Assembly: GCA_036387215.1 (NCBI GenBank)
Contig: DASVUE010000164.1
Origin: Allosphingosinicella sp.
GTDB taxonomy: Bacteria > Pseudomonadota > Alphaproteobacteria > Sphingomonadales > Sphingomonadaceae
DNA: 64,000 nucleotides
Strand: one strand, 5' to 3'
The notes below the pieces were generated by a model that ran no database searches, was not told the DNA's origin, and saw nothing but the letters and a program-made list of their open reading frames with translations. Position 1 is the stretch's first letter, and the number at the start of each line of letters is the position of its first letter. Below are positions 1 through 9,007 of this stretch, one piece after another. A program made the translations under genes and the position numbers.

Positions 1-2999
1 ACGCGCAAGCGTCGGACCAGGACACCAAAGAGAATGCGGTTCAGGCGACGGCTGACCCGGATAGCGGCGAAGGCACCGAATCGATCGTGGTCACCGGCTC
101 GCGCATCCGGCGGATCGACCTTACCTCATCGAGCCCCGTTGCAGTCGTTCAGGATGAGGAATTCAAGCTCTCCGGGACGGTCAACGTCGAGCAGGTGATC
201 AACACCCTGCCTCAGGTTCTTCCGGGAACGACGGCCTTTTCGAACAATCCGGGCGGCGGCTTTGCGACCCTCGATCTCCGCGGCCTCGGCTCGTTTCGTA
301 CGCTCGTCATCGTCAACGGGCGTCGCTACATGTTCTTCGACACCTCCCAGCGCGTCGACTTGAACACGATCCCGGCCTTCCTTTTGGACGGCGTCGATGT
401 CGTGACGGGCGGCGCCTCTGCCGTGTACGGCTCCGACGCGATCGCCGGCGTGGTGAATTTCCGCCTTCGGCAAGACCTTCAGGGCATCGAAGCCGGCACC
501 ACCTACAGCATCACCGACCGCGGCGACACGCCTCGGTTCAATGCCCATATCGCGATCGGCACCGCCTTTGCTGACGGCCGCGGCCACGTCACGGCTTATG
601 CGGAATATTACGACCGGGACGCCACGTTCGCGGGCAAGCGCGCATTCTCGCGCCAGGTCTACAACGCGACCCTCGGCACCGCCACCACTCCCGAGACGCG
701 CGGAGTGTTGTATCTGGGTGGAAACACCACCACGCCGCAGGGCCGTTTCCAGGTAGCGGCAACGCAGACGGTCGGCGCCGGCAACAACCTTCCGGCAGTA
801 ACTCTGAACCTCGGCGCCGGGACTAACTTCGGCACCGCCAACGGCGCCACCTTCCTGACGCCGAATGACGGCTCGATCCCCTATACCTCGGCGAACGCCT
901 ACAACTTCTATCCGGACAACCTGCTGGTTGTGCCGCAGGAGCGCTGGGCCCTTGGCTCCTACGGAGAGTATGAAGTCTCCAAGGGGATCACCGGGTACAT
1001 GGAGGTGAGCTTCGTCAATAACCGCGTGCAGAACGAACTGGCGCCGACGCCGGTCACCGGGACGTTCGGTATCAGGACGAACAACCCGTTCGTCACTGAC
1101 GCGGATCGCGCTGCGCTTGCTCAGATCGATGCCAACGAAGCGGCCATCGAGCAGGCCCGCTTCGCGCGTGCGACGGCCGCGGGAAAAGCGAGCTTCACGT
1201 CCACGACGTCGAACGTCGTCAAGAACCCGGACGGCACCACCACGATCACGGCGAACCAGATCGCCCAGATCTCGGTCAACCGCCGCGTCAACGACATCAA
1301 CGCGCGTAATGCGCTCAATGAACGGAACGCGTTCCGGGTGCTCGCCGGCGTGAAAGGCGATCTGACGAGCAATTTCACGTACGACGCATATTATTTCTAT
1401 GCTCGGACGCGGAACACGATCTTCCAGCGTGGCAATATCTCGCGCTCCGCCTTCGCGGCGGGCTTGCTCGGGACCGCGGCGAATGGCGGCACGCTCGACA
1501 TCTTCGGTCCGGGGACGATCTCAGCCGCTTCCGCGGCTGCGATCTCGATCAACTCGACCAACCTCGATTCGTCCTCGCTGCAGGTTGCATCCGCAAGCGT
1601 CAGCGGCAGGCTCTTCAACCTGGGTCTCGGTGCCGAAGACATCGGTCTTGCAGCCGGTGTCGAGTGGAGGTCTCAATCCTCCTCTTACAATCCGGATACC
1701 GCACTTTCCTCCGGGGACGTGATCGGCTTCAACGGCGGCCAGCCGACGAAGGGCTCCTATAACGTGAAGGAAGTGTTCGGCGAGCTTCGCGTTCCGATCA
1801 TCGCCGATCGGCCTTTCTTCAACCGCCTGGAGATCAACGGCGCCGCCCGCTATTCGGACTATTCGCTTGTCGGCGTCGGGAACACCTTCACCTGGGCGGC
1901 CGGCGCTGAATGGGCACCCATTCAGGACATCCGCTTCCGGGCTCAGTACCAGCGGGCGGTCCGTGCACCGAACGTCGGCGAATTGTTCGGGGGTCAGTCG
2001 CAGGGCTTCCCCTCGGCGACCGATCCTTGCGGCGCTTCTTCGCCGGTCGCGGGCCGTACGGCGACCGTTCGCAGCCTCTGCGAAGCCACCGGTGTTCCCG
2101 CGGCGAACGTCTTCCAGACGATCGTTCAGTCGAACACCCAGCTGGAAGGCCGCTTCGGCGGCAACCCGAACCTCGGCGAGGAAACCTCCGACACCTACAC
2201 GATCGGGGCCGTGCTGAGGCCAAGGTTCATCCCCGGCCTCAACATCACCGCCGACTATTTCAACATCACGGTGGACGATTATATTTCCACTCTCGGCGGC
2301 GGTCTGAACAACACTCTGAACCTCTGCTACAACGTCATCCAGGATGTGAATTCGATCTACTGCCAGGCGGTCTCGGCCGCCCAAGGGGCACGTAACCCGA
2401 TTTCCGGCGCCATCGGCGGGCAGTTCCTGCCGAACATCCTGAACGCCAACGTGGGTGCGCTGAAGACGTCCGGTGTCGACGTTCAGGTGGATTACACCAC
2501 CCGGCTCGGCTTCGGGATGATGAGCGATGAATCGCGCATCAACTTCTTCTTTCTTGGAACCTGGACGGAGAAGAACGACCTCACGCCGGTCGCGGACCTG
2601 CCGACCATCGTGAACCGGTGCGCGGGCTATTTCGGAACCACCTGCGGCAATCCGCAGCCGAAATACAAGTTCACCTCGCGCCTGTCCTGGATCGACGGCC
2701 CCGTGACGGTCTCTGCCCGCGGGCGTTACATCGGCCGCACGAAGGACGATCGCATCATCCTGCAGGCTCGCGATCCGGCCGTGATCGCGGTTCCGATCCT
2801 GAAGCCGAAGTTCTACACGGATCTCAGCTTCTCCTACGACGTGAGCGACCAGTTCACGTTCGCGATGGGGGTCAACAACCTGTTCGACGTGCAGCCGAAG
2901 ATCCTGCCGGACGAGCGCGATCAGCAGTCGGGAACCTATCCCTCGGTCTACGATGTCCTCGGCAGGGACTTCTTCGTGAGCGCGAGGTTCCGGTTCTAA
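1..2999 (+). CDS. TonB-dependent receptor (5' end upstream of window)
   Basis: The frame is open from the window start. It has a TonB box (ESIVVTGSRI), plug motifs (LRGLG..RTLVIVNGRR; GASAVYGSDAIAGVVN) and a C-terminal beta-strand ending in F. Confidence 0.95.
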   Translation, partial: AQASDQDTKENAVQATADPDSGEGTESIVVTGSRIRRIDLTSSSPVAVVQDEEFKLSGTVNVEQVINTLPQVLPGTTAFSNNPGGGFATLDLRGLGSFRTLVIVNGRRYMFFDTSQRVDLNTIPAFLLDGVDVVTGGASAVYGSDAIAGVVNFRLRQDLQGIEAGTTYSITDRGDTPRFNAHIAIGTAFADGRGHVTAYAEYYDRDATFAGKRAFSRQVYNATLGTATTPETRGVLYLGGNTTTPQGRFQVAATQTVGAGNNLPAVTLNLGAGTNFGTANGATFLTPNDGSIPYTSANAYNFYPDNLLVVPQERWALGSYGEYEVSKGITGYMEVSFVNNRVQNELAPTPVTGTFGIRTNNPFVTDADRAALAQIDANEAAIEQARFARATAAGKASFTSTTSNVVKNPDGTTTITANQIAQISVNRRVNDINARNALNERNAFRVLAGVKGDLTSNFTYDAYYFYARTRNTIFQRGNISRSAFAAGLLGTAANGGTLDIFGPGTISAASAAAISINSTNLDSSSLQVASASVSGRLFNLGLGAEDIGLAAGVEWRSQSSSYNPDTALSSGDVIGFNGGQPTKGSYNVKEVFGELRVPIIADRPFFNRLEINGAARYSDYSLVGVGNTFTWAAGAEWAPIQDIRFRAQYQRAVRAPNVGELFGGQSQGFPSATDPCGASSPVAGRTATVRSLCEATGVPAANVFQTIVQSNTQLEGRFGGNPNLGEETSDTYTIGAVLRPRFIPGLNITADYFNITVDDYISTLGGGLNNTLNLCYNVIQDVNSIYCQAVSAAQGARNPISGAIGGQFLPNILNANVGALKTSGVDVQVDYTTRLGFGMMSDESRINFFFLGTWTEKNDLTPVADLPTIVNRCAGYFGTTCGNPQPKYKFTSRLSWIDGPVTVSARGRYIGRTKDDRIILQARDPAVIAVPILKPKFYTDLSFSYDVSDQFTFAMGVNNLFDVQPKILPDERDQQSGTYPSVYDVLGRDFFVSARFRF

Positions 3000-3022
3000 T
3001 TCGAAGTCCCTCAAGGACGATT

Positions 3023-3057
3023 GGGGCGGCGGGTCATCCCGCCGCCCCTTTTTTTTT
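3023..3057 (+). terminator. Rho-independent terminator
   Basis: GGGGCGGCGGG-TCAT-CCCGCCGCCCC followed by a long T tract, right after the receptor stop and between convergent genes. Confidence 0.9.
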
Positions 3058-3061
3058 GGCG

Positions 3062-4843
3062 TCAGGGGTGCCCGCGGCAAACCATGTCGAAAGCGACCGT
3101 AAGCCGCTCGCCTGCTGCGAAGGGCCTCGTCCCATGGAAGAAGTAGCTGGGAAACAGAGCCAGTCTCCCGATGCGCGGCTCTATCGTGGCGACCGGGGAC
3201 ACGGCCGCCGAGAGCTCCGGCGGCGCGCCTCCGATCTCGAGCCACCCATCCCGGTCCCGGGCGTCACCGGTCGCATCCGGAAGGGCGATATAGCAGGCCG
3301 AGCTCAGCACCCCCTCCGGGTGGACGTGGCTGACGTGGAATCCTCCTCCGAGGAGCCGTACCGACCAGGATCCGCCGAACGACAGATCAGAATCCCGATG
3401 CCGCAGGAGCGGATGGGCCAGGTCGGCCGGAGGTAGAGCTTCACAATAACGCTCCACGGCGGCGATGATGCTCCGGCGGAGGTCCGCAAGTTCAGGCTCG
3501 GTGCGCCAGAACAGACGCCCCCGCGTCTGCGTTCCGCCTCTGAGCGACTGAGCGATCGGATGTGCACGAGCCTTATGCAATCTGCGAAGCAGCTCTGCCA
3601 CGTCGAGAAGCCGTGCTTCGTCCAGGCCGAGATCCTGCGTGCCATAAAGCCCTTCCTGGCCCGACAGCCAGTCGGAGCGCGGGTCGTCCAACAGCCGCCA
3701 GACCGCGCCAAGGTAGGCCCATGCCTCCACCGAAGACGAGTCGGCCTCCACCGCCTTTTCGAGATAGGATGCCGCTTGAGCGGCATCCCCGGTCCGCAAG
3801 CGATGGACGCCCCGCGCCAGGAAGGCGCTCTCCCCGACGGCCCCAAAGAGCTTCGAGGCCAGTTCCAGCTCTCCGGATTTGCTGGCCAGGATTGCTTCGA
3901 TGAGCTGCAGTTCCGCATCCTGGACCAGCCGCGGCCTGGCAGCCCTCAGCGCATCCAGCGCAGCCGGTGCTTCCCCACCCGCCGCGAGCATCTTCCAATA
4001 GGATAGGCGAAGGGATCGATTGTCGGGGCTCGACTGGAGCGACATACGATAATGGTCTGCGAAATCGCGCCCGTCGCCGGCCTCCGAACGCATCCTCGCA
4101 AGCTGCTCGTGGCCGGTCACCCAGTCAGGGTGTCGCTCGACTGCCTCGGCCAAGAGGCGCAGGCCGCCATCGTCTCCCTCGGCCTCAAGGGCCTCGGCCA
4201 GCCCCAGGATCAGCTCGAGGTCGTCCGGACGATGGGTCAAAGCGGCGCGGTAGTGAAGGGGCGCATCGCTATCGCCCTGCTCCAGCGCCACACGCGCTCT
4301 CCCGTGCAAGGCGGTGGCATGGTTCGGCGCCAGCTGGAGCGCGCGCTCATATGCCTGCCGAGCCTCGCCAAGTCGCTCAAGCTCCCGAAGGACGGCAGCC
4401 CGCGCCGTGTGCACGTTCGCTCGCCCCGGGTCTTGGCGCGCAGCAAGGTCGATCTCGGCCAAAGCATGCTGCCGGCGCCCGAGCCGCTGGAGAGCCAACG
4501 CCTTGCCAAGCCGCGCGTTGGCGAATTGCGGCGCAGTGTTCAGGGCGCGATTGAAATGCGCAAGAGCGGGCTCGAATTCTCCCAGCTGCACGAGGAGATT
4601 GCCGAAATTCGTGTTGATCTCCGGATCGATAGGATTCAGCGCCAACGCTCTTGCGAATGCCTTGCGTGATGCTTCCCACTGCTCCGACTTCTTCTCGACG
4701 AGCGCCAGAAGGTGCCAGACCGCCGGATGATCCTGGATCAGCCGCGCCACCGCCTGGAGGTCGCTCCGCGCCTGCTCCAGGCGCCCGGCGACGAACGCCT
4801 GCTCGGCCCGCGCGAACAGAAGGTTCGGATCCGGCTGTGCCAC
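3062..4843 (-). CDS. TPR-repeat protein with C-terminal putative 2OG-Fe(II) oxygenase domain
   Basis: Multiple TPR-like helices, then GGTQT, SWSVRL..GGFHVSHVHPEG, LFPSYFFHGT and RLTVAFD motifs. Confidence 0.88.
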   Translation of the reverse strand: MAQPDPNLLFARAEQAFVAGRLEQARSDLQAVARLIQDHPAVWHLLALVEKKSEQWEASRKAFARALALNPIDPEINTNFGNLLVQLGEFEPALAHFNRALNTAPQFANARLGKALALQRLGRRQHALAEIDLAARQDPGRANVHTARAAVLRELERLGEARQAYERALQLAPNHATALHGRARVALEQGDSDAPLHYRAALTHRPDDLELILGLAEALEAEGDDGGLRLLAEAVERHPDWVTGHEQLARMRSEAGDGRDFADHYRMSLQSSPDNRSLRLSYWKMLAAGGEAPAALDALRAARPRLVQDAELQLIEAILASKSGELELASKLFGAVGESAFLARGVHRLRTGDAAQAASYLEKAVEADSSSVEAWAYLGAVWRLLDDPRSDWLSGQEGLYGTQDLGLDEARLLDVAELLRRLHKARAHPIAQSLRGGTQTRGRLFWRTEPELADLRRSIIAAVERYCEALPPADLAHPLLRHRDSDLSFGGSWSVRLLGGGFHVSHVHPEGVLSSACYIALPDATGDARDRDGWLEIGGAPPELSAAVSPVATIEPRIGRLALFPSYFFHGTRPFAAGERLTVAFDMVCRGHP

Positions 4844-4993
4844 TACAGGGCCATCTCCGAAAATTGTCGGTTCAAGGGAATTCCCGGCTCTCCTGCTCGA
4901 AGCGCTGAACGACTACCCAATGCCTTCGACGCGGTGGCAGCCCCGGCACCGAAGAAGCCGGGATGGCACGGGTGGAACGCTTTGGAAATCCAG

Positions 4994-5010
4994 TGGCGGA
5001 GCGGGAGGGA
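4994..5010 (-). mobile_element. Putative att site (duplicated tRNA-Ser 3' end)
   Basis: The minus strand reads TCCCTCCCGCTCCGCCA, like a tRNA-Ser T-stem/acceptor end with CCA, but the rest of the tRNA is absent. It is followed by an AT-rich stretch and TGCCCCCA direct repeats. Confidence 0.65.
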
Positions 5011-5072
5011 GCCACACCGCAGGCCGGAAACCTTTGATAGCAATGAGATATTATATGCCACTCTGATACCGA

Positions 5073-5092
5073 TGCCCCCACGGGTGCCCCCA
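5073..5092 (+). repeat. Direct repeat TGCCCCCA x2 (possible integrase arm-type sites)
   Basis: Copies at 5073-5080 and 5085-5092, about 60 bp inside the putative att core. Confidence 0.55.
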
Positions 5093-5252
5093 ACTAAGGG
5101 CGTCTTGCGGGGGTCCGCTCCCTGCCTGGAAAGCGACGCTACTAAGGTAATCCCGATCGACCGCGTCGGCAATTGCTTTGCTACCAGTTTCTCAGGGTTG
5201 GCCCGGAGCTGAACGGGAGAGGGTTGGTGCTCCATATTGGATCGACTTAGGC

Positions 5253-5312
5253 GTCCGCTGATGGCCGTTAGCGGAACGTCTGCTTTCAAAAAGAAATGGC
5301 GCGAAGCGGACG
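5253..5312 (+). repeat. GTCCGCT...AGCGGAC-type hairpin repeat cluster
   Basis: GTCCGCTGATGGCCGTTAGCGGAAC and GTCTGCTTTC...TGGCGCGAAGCGGAC. Confidence 0.55.
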
Positions 5313-5377
5313 CCGACAGACGGCCTGCGGTATCATCAACGGCAACGTCCGTTGCGGCTAATGTAACGAGCGCGAAC

Positions 5378-6124
5378 TTAACACAGCGGCCGTTGAGGGC
5401 GATGTGCACCATCATGAGGTTCGAAAGGAAAGCCCAAAGATAGCTTCTGCCTGAGCAGTGTCTGCGCGCTGGCCGTCGCAATTTGGCTGAATGCCTGGTG
5501 CACGCTTCGGATCGCGTTCGGTACTTCGAGAACAGCCACGGGTTCGCCGGCTACGTAGGCCGAGACGACCTTAGCCGTAAGGATAGTAAGGTAGTGACGA
5601 TGAACGGGTAGCCAACTGCTGTGTAGAGAGCTTCGATAGGGTTCGTCCTCCGACGCCTCCTCAATCTGGATCAATGCAGCGGCCGCTCTGCCAAGGATCC
5701 CCTGCCATGGCTCTTGCAGCAACGCATCACGCAACCGGCGGCACATAAACAAGGCACTCTTGGGGGTAAGGCCAAGTTCGCTGCTAAGATGCTCAGCGGT
5801 GATGGGACCATCAGCAAGCCCTAAAAGCGAGATTGCGTATAGCCACTTCCCTGCTGGTATGTGGGAGCCTTGAAGGATTGAGCCTGTGGTGACGGAAAAA
5901 TTTTTCCGACATATTGCGCATTTCCACCGGTTCCGGGGACGCCTGATCTCGCCGGCCGGTGGATCCCGATAGGCGTAGGTGATCTGGTAAACCTTATTGA
6001 TGCTTGCACAGTCCGGCTGGGGACAACTTACTCCGTGCGGCCATCTCAGGCGTTCCAATGCCAGTTGTGCAGATGCCTCGTCCCGAAGCCAAAGCGCTAT
6101 TTCGGGGATGCGGCCGTGCTTCAT
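5378..6124 (-). CDS. IS1595-family transposase N-terminus (Zn ribbon + HTH) fused to a MucR/Ros-like N-terminal domain; no DDE domain
   Basis: LERLRWPHGVSCP..C...WKCAICRKNFSVTTGSIL..SHIP..KW and LSSELGLTPKSALFM, then LTAKVVSAYVAGEPVAVLEVPNAIRSVHQAF. Confidence 0.65.
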   Translation of the reverse strand: MKHGRIPEIALWLRDEASAQLALERLRWPHGVSCPQPDCASINKVYQITYAYRDPPAGEIRRPRNRWKCAICRKNFSVTTGSILQGSHIPAGKWLYAISLLGLADGPITAEHLSSELGLTPKSALFMCRRLRDALLQEPWQGILGRAAAALIQIEEASEDEPYRSSLHSSWLPVHRHYLTILTAKVVSAYVAGEPVAVLEVPNAIRSVHQAFSQIATASAQTLLRQKLSLGFPFEPHDGAHRPQRPLC

Positions 6125-6438
6125 CTCTGCGGACTTGCAGCTAGATGGATATTCAGAACATCTTCCGGAGCAGCATCACAACCACACCCACTATCAAAGC
6201 GACGGAAACATACCCAGCGGCAGCGCTTAGCTTTTCCACAAGGGTCATGTGACGCCGATAGATCGGCCGCGCGGGCTCAAGTTTATCGTGCTGGGGCAAC
6301 CTTCGCCCTCTCTATCTTGAGGTATTCCATCTTTCGCTCCACCCATGATTGACGGCCGGTCCAGCTTCACCTCGGAATGCAGGGTCGCGCCCTAAAGAGT
6401 CAATCGAAGTCCGAACCGGCCGCTCCCTGGTGGGAGCC

Positions 6439-7514
6439 TCACAACGATTGCATCCCGGATAACTCTTCAACGTTGAAAGAACTATCGTGTTTCCACATGC
6501 TTAGCATCAGCACCGACAACTTACGCGCGACTGCAACCCTCGCCTTTCTCACGCCGATCCGCGCTGAGAGCGAATGGCCCCATTCCTGGATAGAACTCGT
6601 TTTTTTCGGGTCATCAATAGAGCATTGGCAGCTTGCACAAGGTTGGTGCGAGTGAGTTTGTTTCCCATTTTGGTGATCCTCAGCATTCGCTTGGTGCTAC
6701 CCGACTGGTGAAGGCGGGGTGTCAAGCCGAGGTAGGCCGCCACGTCGGTTGAACGAGAGAAGCGCCACGGATCCTCCACCGCGCTATAGAAGGACAGCGC
6801 GCAGATCGGACCAACGCCAGGTATCTCCAGAAAGCGACTGCACACAGGATGGGACCTGGCGGCTTTTAGGAGCCACGCATCAGTTTGCTTCAAGTGTGTC
6901 CGGAGGCCTTCCGCGATCTCCACCAAAGGCAAAACCTCATCTGACAGGTCTACTCCCTCGCTCAGCTCTATCTGAGCTATCGCGGCTTCCGCGCGAGATC
7001 GAATACGCGTGGTGTCAGTCCGAGGCCATTGTCCGCCGTTCAAACGAATGAGACTACGCATGAACCCTTCGGCGGCCATCCTGTGCTGGATCAGCTTGTA
7101 TCGGAGGCGCAATCGCGTTCGAATGCATTGGCAATCGAGACCCTTCAGGTGCACTTCCCCAAGAGCACCTCCCGAGAGGCGAGCGATGTCCGCCAAGCCC
7201 CTTGCGTCGTTGATGTCACTCTTATTGCGTCGTATCCTTAATAGGCGCTGAGCCTTGATGGACTCTAGGACTACTACCCGATAGCCGATCTGTCGCAGCT
7301 TTCGAGTAAGGTACGTAGAACAACCGGCTTCAAGGGCAACTTGCTCCACCGCCTCCCGCGGAACCGCAGCCAAAGCCGCTGCTACGTCAGCGGGCTTAGC
7401 GGAGCACTCGCTCTCGCAAACTATATTTCCGTGAGCATCCACTATGCAAAGGTTTGCGCTAGCCACGCCAGCGTCAACTCCGACCCAGTAACTAGCAGCT
7501 TGCACCGCAGCCAT
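6439..7514 (-). mobile_element. IS110-family transposase, frameshifted near the C-terminus
   Basis: VGVD, ALEAG, KSDINDA, IPGVG and YLGLTPRLHQSG..ITKMGN motifs. After an A7 run (6600-6606) the C-terminal KARVAVARKLSVLMLSMW continues in another frame to a stop at 6439. Confidence 0.85.
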
Positions 7515-7943
7515 CGATCGCCGCTCCAAGTGAGAGCCTGCTTCATCTTCGAGGTCGTGCTGTCCGTCCCACAGGTGCGGTCCAAACGCACATCGACTAC
7601 AGCGAAGGCAGACTCTCAAGCCGCGGATACTGCATCTCTGATGTGCTTACCACCTCTTCTTGGCACGGGAACCCCGGAAGCGCAGCGGCCGATCGGCAAT
7701 GCCACGGACGCCCGGTGTGGCACAAGCTTCGATCTAAAACTTCTTGCAGGACTCGAGTTCGATACTTCGGCCAATCGGATCTCGATACGCAGCTTGATAG
7801 CTGAGGGGTATTCTGCCGAAGCGGTCTACCACTTTCTCCCGTTGATCGGTTACGTCGATGAGGGGAAGACCGCTCGATACGTCTCAGCACCGGACAGGTT
7901 TGTTCGAAAGCGGGGGCGCACCCATGCGCCCCCTGGTTCGAGT

Positions 7944-8741
7944 TTACAGAAGACCGTGGTCCATGTCCCAGGTGTGGCTAGGGCCGCTGTCCGAGCCTTC
8001 GTTCCCACCGTAGTACGGCCGTCCATCAAGATCGAGACCGAAGAGGGTATCCAGAAGCGCTTGCCCCTTCGCCTCGTCGGGAGTCGCGTTGCTGCCCCCG
8101 GATGCGTAACCAGGTGCATTCGGGCTGCCATTTGCCGCGTTCCCATCGAAGAACTTATCGATGATCGAGTCGATATGCAGATTACCGAGCAGATTGTCGT
8201 GCATCGACTGTAGGCGGTCCGGATTGGTGCCAGCGTCCGGACCATCCGGGGTGAACTTCGCGACCACATCGGTGAGTGGCGCACCACCTGCCTGGAGGTA
8301 TTTCGCATACGCGATACCCAGCTCGACGCCGTAGCCGTTGATGACGGTGTTGTAGTAGCTGTAATTGTCGTCGATGTAGTCCCAGAGCAACATGAAGACG
8401 CCGGCCTTCGCACCATCGACGCTGAGCATATTCACCGCGCCGGCAACGCCGTACGTGTCGAGAACTGCCTTCAGGAATCCGTCGAGATTGGAGTCGGGTT
8501 CGAACTTGTGGTTCGTAGCAGCATCTGCTCCGACGAATTTGATGCCGACGATGTTGATCTTGTTTGCGGCAGCGAGATCGACTGCGGTGATGGTGGAGAA
8601 CTGCGCGTCAGAAAAGATGGTAGTGCCGCCCCTGCTGACGGACACGCTGCTGCCGGTGAAGTCGAAGGTGTAATTGCCGGGCTGGTTCAGCGTGAACACG
8701 CCATTCTCGATCGAAGCAAATTTGTCAGTCTTTTTAGCCAT
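7944..8741 (-). CDS. Gly/Asp/Asn-rich protein, candidate type I secretion substrate
   Basis: GGGGG RBS before ATG 8741; 265 aa, acidic, no Cys, no signal peptide, ends DHGLL; divergent from the T1SS genes. Confidence 0.7.
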   Translation of the reverse strand: MAKKTDKFASIENGVFTLNQPGNYTFDFTGSSVSVSRGGTTIFSDAQFSTITAVDLAAANKINIVGIKFVGADAATNHKFEPDSNLDGFLKAVLDTYGVAGAVNMLSVDGAKAGVFMLLWDYIDDNYSYYNTVINGYGVELGIAYAKYLQAGGAPLTDVVAKFTPDGPDAGTNPDRLQSMHDNLLGNLHIDSIIDKFFDGNAANGSPNAPGYASGGSNATPDEAKGQALLDTLFGLDLDGRPYYGGNEGSDSGPSHTWDMDHGLL

Positions 8742-9007
8742 GAGTGATTCCCCCCACAAAAAAGGTTTTCGGACAACGCGATAGCCGGCATCGGTGAGCG
8801 AACTGGTCGGCCGCAACATGGAGGCTGACAATGAATCTGAGCCAAATCAAGCCCGTGTTTCAAAGTGGGACACCCGCCCACCGGCCGCGCCAGTCTAGCG
8901 GTTGGGGCCACACGCAGTTACTGTTCGATTGGCGATCGATAAGATAGGTTTGACGTGAGAGAGAGCTTACGCCGGTTCCGGTGACGGTTCTCTTCTGGGG
9001 GGACGAA

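Noticed and set aside
1521-3245. 574-aa ORF on the minus strand
   Set aside because: It is antisense to the TonB-dependent receptor and crosses its terminator.
4994-5010. Complete tRNA-Ser gene
   Set aside because: Only the 3' 17 nt match; the T-loop, anticodon arm and D arm are absent, so it is reported as an att site.
4843-5481. 212-aa ORF as a continuation of the MucR-like gene
   Set aside because: It has no MucR zinc finger and runs across the hairpin repeats and the att site.
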